Shown piece after piece: positions 29,866 through 39,502 of a DNA stretch of 64,000 bases (positions are counted from its first letter, which is position 1; each line of letters starts with the position of its first letter). The DNA lies in NCBI GenBank assembly GCA_023145215.1, contig JAGLED010000010.1:13808-77807 (forward strand). Direction: 5' to 3'. The stretch comes from Rhodospirillales bacterium. GTDB taxonomy: Bacteria > Pseudomonadota > Alphaproteobacteria > Rhodospirillales > Casp-alpha2. Under the pieces are notes generated by a model that made no database searches, was not told the DNA's origin, and saw only the letters and a list, made by a program, of their open reading frames with translations. Made by a program: the position numbers and the translations under genes.

Positions 29866-30331
29866 CGCCCGCCCTCGCGGTCTCTTCCGGGTCGTGAGGA
29901 TTCACATCGGCGGCAGCGCGTCCGGCGAACGCGCAGAAGATCGTGATGATCCCGGCAAACACCGTCAGACCAACCCCGAACTCGACCAGGATGATCCCAT
30001 AATGCTGACCGTGCAGCGGATCGTGGGCGAGCACGTCGTAATCGAGGAAATTTCCGCCCAATAGCAAGCACACCACGCCGACACCGGCATAAAGCAGTAC
30101 GCCGAGTGACAGGACGAGCCGCGTCACCCACGATGGCAGGGCCTCACGAAGGGTGCCTAACCCATAGATCAGCCCATAAAGCATGAATGCGGCGGCGAAA
30201 ATAACACCGGCCTGGAAGCCCCCGCCCGGCCCGAAATCGCCGTGCCACTGCACATAAAGCGCAAACAGCAGGATAAAGGGGATCAGAAGCTTCGAGACGA
30301 CCCGAAGCACCATTTTGCGGCGCATCATCAT
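29858..30331 (-). CDS. mrpB: Mrp antiporter subunit B
   Basis: HGDFGPGGGFQAG signature. Confidence 0.92.
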   Translation of the reverse strand: MMMRRKMVLRVVSKLLIPFILLFALYVQWHGDFGPGGGFQAGVIFAAAFMLYGLIYGLGTLREALPSWVTRLVLSLGVLLYAGVGVVCLLLGGNFLDYDVLAHDPLHGQHYGIILVEFGVGLTVFAGIITIFCAFAGRAAADVNPHDPEETARAGDD

Positions 30332-30906
30332 GAACCGCTACCTCCGTCCTTACCGCCTTTCTTGCGGCGCGCACGGCCGATTAGCGTGAGAACGCCGACG
30401 GCAGCTGTAAAGATCACGAACGTCTCACCCATGGTATCGTAGCCACGGTAGCTAGCCAGGACCGACGTCACGACGTTGGGAAGACCGATTTCACCCATCG
30501 ACTCGCCCAGGTATCGGGGCGCGACATGGTTATGAACGGGTGCGGAGGGATCGCCGTAGAGCGGCATATCGATACTGCCATAGACCAGCGCGGCGAAAAT
30601 CAGGGTGCAGACAAACAGTCCCTTAATCGCACGTGCGTTCGGCGTCGCTTTCTCACGATCCGACGTCAAGGCCAGCGTACCGATCATCAGTACCGTCGAT
30701 GCCCCTGCGCCCACGGCCGCTTCGGTGAAGGCGACGTCAACCGCATCCAGAATGACATAGAGCGTCGCACCCATCAGCGAATAGATCCCGCTCAACATCA
30801 CGACCGCGAAAAGATTACGGATGCGCGCGATGGCGAGACCTGTAATTCCCATGATCACGAGCGTCGCAACATTCAGAAGATCGGAGGTCACGATCTCGAC
30901 GTTCAT
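30328..30906 (-). CDS. Mrp subunit B-like N-terminal module (DUF4040)
   Basis: AVDVAFTEAAVGAG and PNVVTSVLASYRGYDTMGE; start at ATG 30906 (MNVEIV) with a GGAGG RBS. Confidence 0.88.
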   Translation of the reverse strand: MNVEIVTSDLLNVATLVIMGITGLAIARIRNLFAVVMLSGIYSLMGATLYVILDAVDVAFTEAAVGAGASTVLMIGTLALTSDREKATPNARAIKGLFVCTLIFAALVYGSIDMPLYGDPSAPVHNHVAPRYLGESMGEIGLPNVVTSVLASYRGYDTMGETFVIFTAAVGVLTLIGRARRKKGGKDGGSGS

Positions 30907-31262
30907 TTCGTCGCCTCCGTCTGCGTTTTGGTGCTGCGAACCAGCTCGCGCTCTTCTTCGGTTTCCACCTCGGGAAGGACATCGTGATTGATCGCTGCGC
31001 GCGCGAGGGCATGCGTCGCCGTCGGACTGGTGAAGAAGATAAAGACCAATATCAGGGCGAGCTTGGCCGTCACCAGCGTCAGGCCTGCCTGGAACATCAG
31101 GCCGACCAGGATCAGGCCGACGCCGAGGGTGTCGATCAGCGAGGCCGCATGCAAACGAGCATAGACATCCTTTAGTTTTATCAGACCGTAACCGCCGATC
31201 AGGCAGAACACGACACCGCCGACGATGAAGACCCAGGTGATGATATCCAAAACGGCAGCCAT
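30903..31262 (-). CDS. mrpG: Mrp antiporter subunit G
   Basis: DVYARLHAAS..DTLG and TSPTATHALARAA. Confidence 0.92.
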   Translation of the reverse strand: MAAVLDIITWVFIVGGVVFCLIGGYGLIKLKDVYARLHAASLIDTLGVGLILVGLMFQAGLTLVTAKLALILVFIFFTSPTATHALARAAINHDVLPEVETEEERELVRSTKTQTEATK

Positions 31263-31552
31263 CAGATGTCTCCCGCCGGGTCGCCATCGTCGCCGTGGCC
31301 CATGTCTTTGAAGGTCACGTACTTGGTCACGGCGATGGTGCCGATGAAATTGATCAGGGCATAGACGATTGCAAGATCTAGAAATTCCGGCCGGTCGTCG
31401 ACGAACCCGTATATCGCGATCAACATCACCGAGAGCGTGCCGAACACGTTCACGGCGAGAATCCGGTTATAGATGTTCGGACCTATCAGCGCGCGCACCA
31501 ATGCCAGTAGCATGGTGACGACGACCCCGGCAGCGGCGGCGGCATACATCAT
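31262..31552 (-). CDS. mrpF: Mrp antiporter subunit F
   Basis: RALIGP..YNRILA.N, DLAIVYALINFIGTIAV; ATGA overlap with mrpE. Confidence 0.9.
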   Translation of the reverse strand: MMYAAAAAGVVVTMLLALVRALIGPNIYNRILAVNVFGTLSVMLIAIYGFVDDRPEFLDLAIVYALINFIGTIAVTKYVTFKDMGHGDDGDPAGDI

Positions 31553-32046
31553 GCCTTCACGCTCCCGCTTTCGGGCACAGGATCGCCCATCAGCTTGCAC
31601 ACCTTCTGATCCATTTCGCCGGTCCTCAGACCGTCGGCAGTATCGTCCATGATGGCGTGAACGGTAATGACATTATCCGCGACATCGATGGAAACCGTCC
31701 CCGGTGTCAGGGTGATCGAGTTCGCATAGACCGTCTGGCCCAATTCATCGGATTGGCTGGCCTTCACCCGCAGCACCTGTGGCCGCACACCGCCGAATAA
31801 AATGGCTTTGGCAACGGTGATATTGGAGACGACGATTTCCTTAACGAGCCAGGGAAAATACCAAAGGCCCGGGATGGTCAAATGGACCGGGTGACCTTCG
31901 TGGTCGCAGACGTCGAGCCGATGCGCGATGAAGACGCACAGCAGGATCGAGGCGACGCCAAGGATGATGATCAGGGGCAGCCAATACCCCGAAAGAAGCA
32001 CCCAAAACGCCGTTAAAGCAGCAGCCAATGCGATGGCTTGTGTCAC
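31549..32046 (-). CDS. mrpE: Mrp antiporter subunit E
   Basis: FWVLLSG, EIVVSNI.VA and YANSITLTPGT. Confidence 0.92.
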   Translation of the reverse strand: MTQAIALAAALTAFWVLLSGYWLPLIIILGVASILLCVFIAHRLDVCDHEGHPVHLTIPGLWYFPWLVKEIVVSNITVAKAILFGGVRPQVLRVKASQSDELGQTVYANSITLTPGTVSIDVADNVITVHAIMDDTADGLRTGEMDQKVCKLMGDPVPESGSVKA

Positions 32047-32130
32047 ACCTGCTCCCCCTTGTGCCGTCCCTGAAGCGCGATCGACATGAAGCCGAATTAT
32101 CTTGTACCCATGCGGGTTTAGCGCTTTCCT

Positions 32131-32145
32131 TTAAAAGCAATTTAA
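32131..32145. promoter_or_regulatory. CtrA-type site TTAA-N7-TTAA
   Basis: TTAA-AAGCAAT-TTAA in the divergent mrpE / DUF192 intergenic region. Confidence 0.45.
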
Positions 32146-32160
32146 GGGGCGATCTTTCAC

Positions 32161-32643
32161 GTGGCCAGAAGATTCTTGCCAACATTACGACATATTAATG
32201 GAACGGGCCTGCTCGTTGCGCTGACCCTGACGTTGGCGGCGATGGCCGCAGCTGCGTCTGCCGAAACCCTTCATGAACTTCAAATCGAAACACGTACAAC
32301 CGTTCACGATTTCAAAGTCGAGGTGATGCGATCTGCGGACGAGAGGGCACGTGGGCTGATGCACCGCAAGCACCTGCCGGAAGACCAGGGCATGTTGTTT
32401 GATTTCGGCGGTAAGGTGACCGCGCGGATGTGGATGAAGAACACTTTTATTCCCCTCGACATGCTTTTCATCCGCGGGGACGGCACAATTACAAACATCG
32501 CCCGCGACACCGTGCCGCATTCGACCGAGGTACTCAGTTCTGACGGACACGTGCGTTACGTGCTTGAGATCAATGCCGGTCTTTCGCAACGTCTGGGTAT
32601 CCAGCCGGGCGATAAAGTGACCCTGCCGAAGTTGGGGCAGTGA
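32161..32643 (+). CDS. DUF192 family exported protein
   Basis: RARGLMHR, GMLFDF, MWMKNTFIPLDMLF and VLEINAG; start codon uncertain. Confidence 0.9.
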   Translation: MARRFLPTLRHINGTGLLVALTLTLAAMAAAASAETLHELQIETRTTVHDFKVEVMRSADERARGLMHRKHLPEDQGMLFDFGGKVTARMWMKNTFIPLDMLFIRGDGTITNIARDTVPHSTEVLSSDGHVRYVLEINAGLSQRLGIQPGDKVTLPKLGQ

Positions 32644-32651
32644 TCGCGGTG

Positions 32652-34619
32652 TCAGCAGACACGTGACTCCGGGAATACCAGCCGGACCTCTGTCCCGACA
32701 CCGATTTGCGACGAAATTTCCATGCGGCCGTCATGAAGACCGGTCAAGGCATCGACGATCGGCAGCCCCAACCCTGTGCCAGGCGTTTCCTTGGTCATCG
32801 GGTTCTCGATGCGTCCGAACGGCGCAAGGGCGGTATCGGTTTCGTCGATCCGGAAACCGCAGCCAGTATCTTTGATGGCAATGCAGAGCGAGCCGTCCTC
32901 GGCTTTAAAGACCGTGACAGTTACCATGCCGCCGTCCTTATTGAACTTCTCCGCGTTCGAAAACAGGTTGAAGAATATCTGGGAAAGGGCACGCCGGTCC
33001 GCGATGATGCGCTGCGCGTCGTCGCTGATATGCACCTCGAAACGGATCCGGCGTTGCGCGAAACGATGCGCAAACAAACGCTCGGACTGCTGGACCAGGT
33101 CGGCGAGTGCGAGTTCTTCTTCTTCGATATCGAACTTGCCGGCTTCGATTTTCGAAAGATCGAGCAGGTCGTTGATCAGGCTAAGCAGGTGCTCGCCACT
33201 GCGATGGATGTCGGAGGCGTAATCCAGATAAGAGCCATTACCGACCGGGCCGAAAATCTGCTGCCGAATGATCTCCGAAAACCCAAGGATCGCATTCAAG
33301 GGCGTACGGAGTTCATGGCTCATGTGCGCCAGGAATTCGGATTTGGCCCGGCTTGCCTGTTCGGCCCGTTCCTTCTCGCGTCGCAGGGCTTCCTCGGTCT
33401 CGATGAGGCTGGCGATATTGCGCCCGCCGCCCCGATACCCGATGAACTGGCCGGAATCGCTGAACACGGGCTTGCCACTGATGGCCAGGTGAATCTCCCG
33501 ACCATCATCAAGGATATGCGAATACCGGACATCGTTGAAATTTTCATGGTTTTTCAGCATCTCCTCGAATGCACGCAGCTTGTTCTCGCTGAAACGTCTT
33601 GGATGTGTTTCACGGTGCGTGCGGCCGATATAGTCCGCGACCCGGAGCCCGGTGACGTCCGCGTCGTCGACCGATACATAGGTATATTTAAGGTCCGCAT
33701 TCATCTCCCAGAACCAGTCGGCGGCCGTGCTTGAAAAATCCATCAGGCGTTTGCGGCTCTCGCGCAGATCCTTTTCTGCGCGTTTTTGCTCACTGATGTC
33801 CGTGGAAAGAGTGATGGTGCTGCCGTCGGCGAGGCGGGCTTCGTGAATCAGGATCGTAAGACCGTCCTGACGGCTGACTTCGTGGTGCCCACTCGGGTTA
33901 CGGTGGCGCCGCATACGGCTCTCGAACCACCGCTCGGGGTCCTCGCCGTCGCCGATCAGTCCGTTATCGATGACGGCGTGCAAATGTTCCTCGAACGTCG
34001 TGCCGTATTCGCATTGCTCAGGAATGAAACGGTTCAGGTGACGGAAGTGATCGTTGCAGAAAACCAGCCTGTCGTCCTTGTCCCAGATGGTGAAAATGCA
34101 ATCGAGTGCGTTGATCGCCACCATCAGAATGTCTTCGGCTGATTTCGCCTTGGCTTCCGCCTCCAAGCGCTTGGTAATGTCCGCGGCGACACCGATATAA
34201 CCGTGGAACTGACCAGATTCATCGAAGACCGGGCGCCCGGTCGAGGTGATCTCGCGAATTTCGCCATCGCTGCGCCGGCGGGAATACCGGAAGTTTTTGA
34301 AGGGGCGATGCGCTTCTAGGTCGTCGAGGTGCTGACGCCAGTGCGGGGCGTTCAGATCCTCGCCTGCAAGCTCGGCACGCGTCTTGCCCAACTGCTCCGA
34401 CATTGGCATGTCGATGGATTCAACGACGGCGGGCGACATGTAGATGAAGCGGTGCTGGGCATCGGAGCGCCAGAACATCTCCGACGACATTAGACCGATG
34501 ACATCATAGAATTTTTCGGATTCCTCGATGCTCTCGCGCAACTGCGCGTTCTCCTTGCGGAGCGCCTCAATCTCCGCAAGAAGGTCTTCCTTGCTTCTAG
34601 TCGCCTTGCCTTCAGGCAT
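32652..34619 (-). CDS. cytoplasmic multi-PAS sensor histidine kinase (PleC/DivJ-like H-box)
   Basis: Three PAS-like domains, MSHELRTPLNAILGFSE, DTGCG and GTGLGL; no TM helix; GAGG RBS before ATG 34619. Confidence 0.88.
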   Translation of the reverse strand: MPEGKATRSKEDLLAEIEALRKENAQLRESIEESEKFYDVIGLMSSEMFWRSDAQHRFIYMSPAVVESIDMPMSEQLGKTRAELAGEDLNAPHWRQHLDDLEAHRPFKNFRYSRRRSDGEIREITSTGRPVFDESGQFHGYIGVAADITKRLEAEAKAKSAEDILMVAINALDCIFTIWDKDDRLVFCNDHFRHLNRFIPEQCEYGTTFEEHLHAVIDNGLIGDGEDPERWFESRMRRHRNPSGHHEVSRQDGLTILIHEARLADGSTITLSTDISEQKRAEKDLRESRKRLMDFSSTAADWFWEMNADLKYTYVSVDDADVTGLRVADYIGRTHRETHPRRFSENKLRAFEEMLKNHENFNDVRYSHILDDGREIHLAISGKPVFSDSGQFIGYRGGGRNIASLIETEEALRREKERAEQASRAKSEFLAHMSHELRTPLNAILGFSEIIRQQIFGPVGNGSYLDYASDIHRSGEHLLSLINDLLDLSKIEAGKFDIEEEELALADLVQQSERLFAHRFAQRRIRFEVHISDDAQRIIADRRALSQIFFNLFSNAEKFNKDGGMVTVTVFKAEDGSLCIAIKDTGCGFRIDETDTALAPFGRIENPMTKETPGTGLGLPIVDALTGLHDGRMEISSQIGVGTEVRLVFPESRVC

Positions 34620-34690
34620 TATTGTCCTCGATCCGCGCCCATTCGGATCCCCCGCGCAGATGATACGACGCAATGCGCCCGAATCCTAGA

Positions 34691-36382
34691 TCATGAATTC
34701 GCCTGAATTTTCGCCCACGTATCCCTGAGCGTCATCGTCCGATTGAAGACGGGGGCCGCATCCGTACTATCCGGGTCCTTGGCGAAATAGCCGAGACGTT
34801 CGAATTGCATCGCATCGCCGACCTCGAAATCCATGAGCGACGGTTCGAGCTTGCAGCCCGTCAGAACTTCCAGGCTTTCAGGGTTGAGGGTCGACACGAA
34901 ATCCTCCTGACGGCCCGGCGCGGGATCGGTGAACAGGTGATCGTAGAGCCTGACTTCCGCGTCCACTGCGTTCTCCGCCGCCACCCAATGAAGCGTTCCC
35001 TTGACCTTGCGGCCGTCAGGGGCGTCGCCGCCCTTGGTTGCCGGATCATAGGTGCAGCGCAGTTCTATGATCTCGCCCACATCATCCTTGATGACATCCG
35101 TGCACGTAATGAAATACGCCCAACGCAGACGCACTTCGCGGCCAGGTGCCAGGCGGAAGAATTTCTTCGGCGCATCCTCCATGAAGTCGTCGCGCTCGAT
35201 ATAGATTTCGCGTCCGAACCGCACCTGACGTTTGCCGGCTGCGTCGTCTTCCGGGTTGTTGACGGCATCGAGGTTTTCGCCTTCACCATCGGGGTAGTTT
35301 TCAATCACCACCTTGAGGGGGCGCAGCACCGCCATGCGGCGCTCCGCCGTCTTGTTGAGAAGCTCGCGAACGCAATGGTCCAACAGCGCCGGATCTACCG
35401 TGCTGTCGGACTTCGTCACCCCCAGACGCGAGACGAAATCGCGGATCGCAGCCGCCGGAATGCCGCGCCGGCGCAATCCTGAAATGGTCGGCATGCGGGG
35501 GTCGTTCCAGCCGTTGACGTGGCCTTCCTGAACTAGCTGCGTCAGGCGGCGTTTGGAAAGAACGGTATACGTCAGATTGAGCCGCGCGAATTCGTACTGG
35601 CGCGGACTGGCAGGGACGGGAAGGTTCTCAACCAGCCAATCATACAGTGGGCGATGATCCTCGAATTCCAGCGTGCAAAGCGAATGCGTGACGCCCTCGA
35701 TCGCGTCCGACTGGCCGTGCGCGAAATCGTAGGTCGGATAGATACACCATGTATCGCCCGTACGTGGGTGCGACTTGTGCACGATGCGGTAAATCACGGG
35801 ATCGCGCATGTTGATGTTGCCGGACGACATGTCGATCTTGGCGCGCAGCACCTTGGCGCCGTCCGGAAATTCGCCGTTCTTCATACGGGTGAAGAGATCG
35901 AGATTTTCTTCGACGCTGCGCCCGCGATAGGGGCTGTCCTTGCCGGGCTCGGTCAGCGTGCCGCGATAGGCGCGGATTTCCTCGGCGTTCAGGTCGTCGA
36001 CATAGGCCTTACCATTTTCGATCAGGTACACGGCCCAGTCATAGAGTTGATCGAAATAGTCGGAGGCATGGCGCGGCGCGCCGTCCCATTCGAAGCCCAT
36101 CCAGCGGACGTCTTCCTCGATGGCGTCGATGAACTCCTGTTCTTCCTTGGCCGGGTTCGTGTCGTCGAACCGCAGCCGGCAGAGGCCCTTGAACTCAGAT
36201 GCGACACCGAAGTTGAGGCAGATCGACTTGGCGTGCCCGATGTGCAGGTAGCCGTTCGGTTCCGGTGGAAAGCGGGTGACGAGCTGATCCGTCGTGCCGT
36301 CGGCAAGATCGCTTCTGATCCGCTCGCGGATGAAGTCCCTGGTTTCCGGGGCGGCGTCTGTCTGGGTTTCGGTCTCGTTCAT
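34691..36382 (-). CDS. glnS: glutamine--tRNA ligase
   Basis: [43 protein letters not shown] and QFERLGYF. Confidence 0.96.
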   Translation of the reverse strand: MNETETQTDAAPETRDFIRERIRSDLADGTTDQLVTRFPPEPNGYLHIGHAKSICLNFGVASEFKGLCRLRFDDTNPAKEEQEFIDAIEEDVRWMGFEWDGAPRHASDYFDQLYDWAVYLIENGKAYVDDLNAEEIRAYRGTLTEPGKDSPYRGRSVEENLDLFTRMKNGEFPDGAKVLRAKIDMSSGNINMRDPVIYRIVHKSHPRTGDTWCIYPTYDFAHGQSDAIEGVTHSLCTLEFEDHRPLYDWLVENLPVPASPRQYEFARLNLTYTVLSKRRLTQLVQEGHVNGWNDPRMPTISGLRRRGIPAAAIRDFVSRLGVTKSDSTVDPALLDHCVRELLNKTAERRMAVLRPLKVVIENYPDGEGENLDAVNNPEDDAAGKRQVRFGREIYIERDDFMEDAPKKFFRLAPGREVRLRWAYFITCTDVIKDDVGEIIELRCTYDPATKGGDAPDGRKVKGTLHWVAAENAVDAEVRLYDHLFTDPAPGRQEDFVSTLNPESLEVLTGCKLEPSLMDFEVGDAMQFERLGYFAKDPDSTDAAPVFNRTMTLRDTWAKIQANS

Positions 36383-36514
36383 CGATATTCCGGCCGGTTG
36401 ATCTGGCTGCGCCCCGGACGATCAAGAATGTTGGGGCACGTCGGCTGTATGTCTGCCAAAATTGCAGGGAAAGTGAAAGCAAAAGCGGTGCTGGAGAAAC
36501 CGGAGCCTGAAATT

Positions 36515-36546
36515 CAAAAACCCCGGTCTGTCAGGACCGGGGTTTC
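36515..36546 (-). terminator. rho-independent terminator downstream of the small peptide gene
   Basis: Minus strand reads GAAACCCCGGTC-CTGACA-GACCGGGGTTTTTG. Confidence 0.85.
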
Positions 36547-36571
36547 ATGAATGGACAATCATGGGACTTCC

Positions 36572-36655
36572 TCAGATCAGATGCACGACAACCGCAAGAA
36601 TGGCGACGGCACCGACGAACGAACCCATGACCGTGTTGAAGAGTTGGTGATCCAT
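36572..36655 (-). CDS. unannotated 27-aa hydrophobic small protein MDHQLFNTVMGSFVGAVAILAVVVHLI
   Basis: GGAG RBS 8 nt before the ATG, a single TM-like stretch, and a terminator about 25 nt after the stop; below the ORF-track length cut-off. Confidence 0.65.
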   Translation of the reverse strand: MDHQLFNTVMGSFVGAVAILAVVVHLI

Positions 36656-36849
36656 AACGAATACTCCAAACAGGGTTGAACCGCGTTAACGAGCCACTCA
36701 CTACGCCCAGTTCGCCCACTGCACCATCGCTGTTTTTACCACTCAGTCATGCATTCAGCGCATGGCAAAAAAGCGACTCCGGCTGTTCCGGAACCACCGC
36801 CAGATCGGCTTCAGAAAACGCTTACAGAAGATGAGTAGGCTGCGGTCCG

Positions 36850-36869
36850 GGTGTGATGGTGATCACACC
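36850..36869. promoter_or_regulatory. CRP-family operator TGTGA-N6-TCACA
   Basis: GGTGTGA-TGGTGA-TCACACC, a perfect palindromic match to the CRP consensus. Confidence 0.6.
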
Positions 36870-37031
36870 TGATTCACGCGTCTGCCATGCATATGAATAA
36901 TACGTTAACGAACACGACCCGTTTCGAACGTGTGCCCACTGGTTTCGCGACATTGGCCCGGCATCTAAAAACCAGCGCTCCAAACAGGACGCTTGCTAAA
37001 AATCGTTCGAAACCCTAGTTTTCGCGCGCGT

Positions 37032-37108
<77 letters not shown>

Positions 37109-37120
37109 GCTTTTCTGAAA

Positions 37121-38113
37121 TCAGCCGCCGACATCCACCATGCACACGCCGGCAGATGCGTCGGCTTCGATCTGTTCGTGAGCAGCGACGGCGCCCGCCT
37201 GCGTGAACGGGTGGTGCGCGGCGACCCGGTGCTTGAGCTGGCCCTTTTTCAGCATGCCGTTGATCGATTCGAAGATCGCGCGCTTGGTCGTTTCCGGCAA
37301 TTGATAAATCGTGAAGGGGCGCAGCGTGATGTTCTTGAACATCAGGTTGAGGAACGGCAGCACCGGCTTTTCCACCGCGTCAGAGCTATAGGCGGTCACG
37401 ACGCCGTTCGGCACCACGATCTTGTCGAACAGATCGACATTGGCGCCGAATGCGACTTCGGAGATTCGGTCGACGCCGCGACCGTCCGTCAGATCCAGGA
37501 CCTTCTGGGCGACGTCATCGTTTTTGTAGTTCACGACGTGATCGGCGCCGAGTTCCTTCACATACGTCTCGTTCTCGGGCTGGCCGACCATGGCGATCAC
37601 CGTCGCGCCGTCGAGCTTGGCCATCTGCACCGCGTATGAACCGACACGGCCACCGCCGCCGGACACCAGCACCGTCTTACCCTCGACCGAACCGTCCGAA
37701 AAAATGCTGTGATAGGCGGTGACGGCAGGTACGCCCAGGCATGCGCCGTCTTCAAGCGAGGCTTCTTCCGGCAATTCCGGCGCCATCCAGGCGGGCAGGG
37801 TGCAGAACTCGGCCATCGTGCCCATGGGGCGGTAGGCCTGCGCACCGAAAATCCAGACGTTCTTGCCGATCTGGCTGGGGTCGACGTTGGAGCCGACGGC
37901 TTCGATCACGCCGGAACCGTCGTTACACGACACTATGGGCGAGAAATTGGGGAGTTCACGGCCGCTGGCCCGACGTTTCACATCAGTCGGGTTGACTGCG
38001 GCATAGGCGACCTTGACCCGGACCTCGTTCGGTTCCGGTTCGATCGGGTCCATGTCGACCATTTCGAGGACGTCTTTCGCAGTACCCGCCTTGTTGAACT
38101 GAATTGCTTTCAC
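37121..38113 (-). CDS. NADPH:quinone reductase (zeta-crystallin-like MDR family)
   Basis: VNPTDVK, DGSGVIEAVG, LGVPAVTAY and VLVSGGGGRVG; probable GTG start (VKAIQF). Confidence 0.88.
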   Translation of the reverse strand: MKAIQFNKAGTAKDVLEMVDMDPIEPEPNEVRVKVAYAAVNPTDVKRRASGRELPNFSPIVSCNDGSGVIEAVGSNVDPSQIGKNVWIFGAQAYRPMGTMAEFCTLPAWMAPELPEEASLEDGACLGVPAVTAYHSIFSDGSVEGKTVLVSGGGGRVGSYAVQMAKLDGATVIAMVGQPENETYVKELGADHVVNYKNDDVAQKVLDLTDGRGVDRISEVAFGANVDLFDKIVVPNGVVTAYSSDAVEKPVLPFLNLMFKNITLRPFTIYQLPETTKRAIFESINGMLKKGQLKHRVAAHHPFTQAGAVAAHEQIEADASAGVCMVDVGG

Positions 38114-38227
38114 TTTTCTTCTCCCCCTTAGAGACCGAGTACCGTTGCAGCACCCAAAAACCATTGTCTTCGGCGATTTCTCGCGTATCTTTCAGGGAAC
38201 ATATTGGTTCTAGCGGAGAGTTTTTCC

Positions 38228-38536
38228 ATGCCGGATGTGCGCATTTATCAACCGACCAAGACCGCCATGCAGTCGGGCCGCGCCAACGTCAAGAAATGGG
38301 TGCTGGAATTCGAGCCCGGCTCACGCAAGGAAACCGACAACCTGATGGGCTGGACCGGGTCCCGCGACACGCGTGGCCAGATCAAGATGCGCTTCGATTC
38401 CAAGGAAGACGCCATCGCCTTCGCAAAAAAGAACAGCTTGAGCTTCCAGGTCTTCGAGCCCAAGAAGCGCCGTATCAAACCCAAAAACTACGCCGACAAC
38501 TTCGCGTTCGGCCGCAATACCCTCTGGACGCATTGA
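38228..38536 (+). CDS. ETC complex I subunit (NDUFS4-like)
   Basis: RIYQP.KTAMQSG...W.LEF, LMGWT.S.D, F.SKE.AI.FA and YADNF. Confidence 0.92.
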   Translation: MPDVRIYQPTKTAMQSGRANVKKWVLEFEPGSRKETDNLMGWTGSRDTRGQIKMRFDSKEDAIAFAKKNSLSFQVFEPKKRRIKPKNYADNFAFGRNTLWTH

Positions 38537-39288
38537 TGCGCACCGCCGCGCTTGCGCTGAGCACAGCGCTGATCCTCACCGGTGCTGCCGCCGAGGCGAG
38601 CTTTCTCGACAAACTGAAAGGCGCCGTCGACCAGGTCACGTCCGGTTCGGGCGAGGGCAGCGGTAGCGCCACGACCGACGGGCTCGCCACCGAACAGATC
38701 GTTGCCGGGCTCAAGGAAGCGCTCCGCGTAGGCGCGGAACGGGTGGTCGCGCAGGTCGGTGCCGTCGACGGTTTCAACGCCGATCCGAAAATCCATATTC
38801 CTTTGCCGGACCAGCTGGCCAAGGCGCAGGACATCATGCGCAAGTTCGGGTTGGGCGCGATGGCCGACGATGTCGAACTCAGGCTTAACCGCGCCGCGGA
38901 AGAGGCCGCCCCCAAAACCAAGGAACTGATCTGGAAAGCCGTCAACGAGATGACGCTCGACGACGCCAGGAAAATTTACGACGGCCCCCAGGACGCGGCG
39001 ACCCAGTACTTCAAACGGGTCGCGACGCCCGATCTGAAGGCCACCGTCGAACCCGTCATCGACAATGCGCTTCAGCAGGTTGGCGCGATCACGGCTTACG
39101 ACAGCTTAATGAGCAAATACAAGAGTTTGCCCCTCGTTCCTGATGTGAAAGCCGATCTGCAGGCGCACGCCACACAGCTGACCCTCGACGGGATTTTCCA
39201 TTATCTCGCCAAGGAGGAAGCCGATATCCGGGCCAATCCGGCGGCGCGCACCACGGACCTGCTGAAACAGGTCTTCGGCGGTTCCTGA
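38536..39288 (+). CDS. DUF4197 family exported protein
   Basis: Signal peptide; GLKEAL.VG, DGF, IPLP, LNRAAE.A, DAATQYF and EEADIRANP..RTTDLLK.VFG; TGATG overlap with the upstream gene. Confidence 0.88.
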   Translation: MRTAALALSTALILTGAAAEASFLDKLKGAVDQVTSGSGEGSGSATTDGLATEQIVAGLKEALRVGAERVVAQVGAVDGFNADPKIHIPLPDQLAKAQDIMRKFGLGAMADDVELRLNRAAEEAAPKTKELIWKAVNEMTLDDARKIYDGPQDAATQYFKRVATPDLKATVEPVIDNALQQVGAITAYDSLMSKYKSLPLVPDVKADLQAHATQLTLDGIFHYLAKEEADIRANPAARTTDLLKQVFGGS

Positions 39289-39386
39289 TCCTTAACGGTC
39301 ACGTCTTCATTGCACCTTAACGCGACGCGCTTTATTAAGGCGCGACCTCGGCAAGGACACCTTCCTTGCCCACGTGGAGGCCATGG

Positions 39387-39463
39387 GCGCCCGTAGCTCA
39401 ACTGGATAGAGCATCCGCCTTCTAAGCGGACGGTTGCAGGTTCGAGTCCTGCCGGGCGCGCCA
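39387..39463 (+). tRNA. tRNA-Arg (anticodon TCT)
   Basis: GCGCCCGTAGCTCAACTGGATAGAGC...CT-TCT-AA...GGTTCGAGTCCTGCCGGGCGCGCCA. Confidence 0.97.
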
Positions 39464-39502
39464 CCGCATCGCTGCGACAACGCGCCCATTGCAGGTTTCA
39501 CT

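Noticed and set aside
30907-31287. Long N-terminal extensions in ORF-track calls (30328-31287, 38104-39288, 42022-42729, 43339-44127, 7325-7987)
   Set aside because: The extensions overlap genuine upstream genes; internal ATGs with better RBS or gene spacing were used instead, and no frameshift needs to be invoked.
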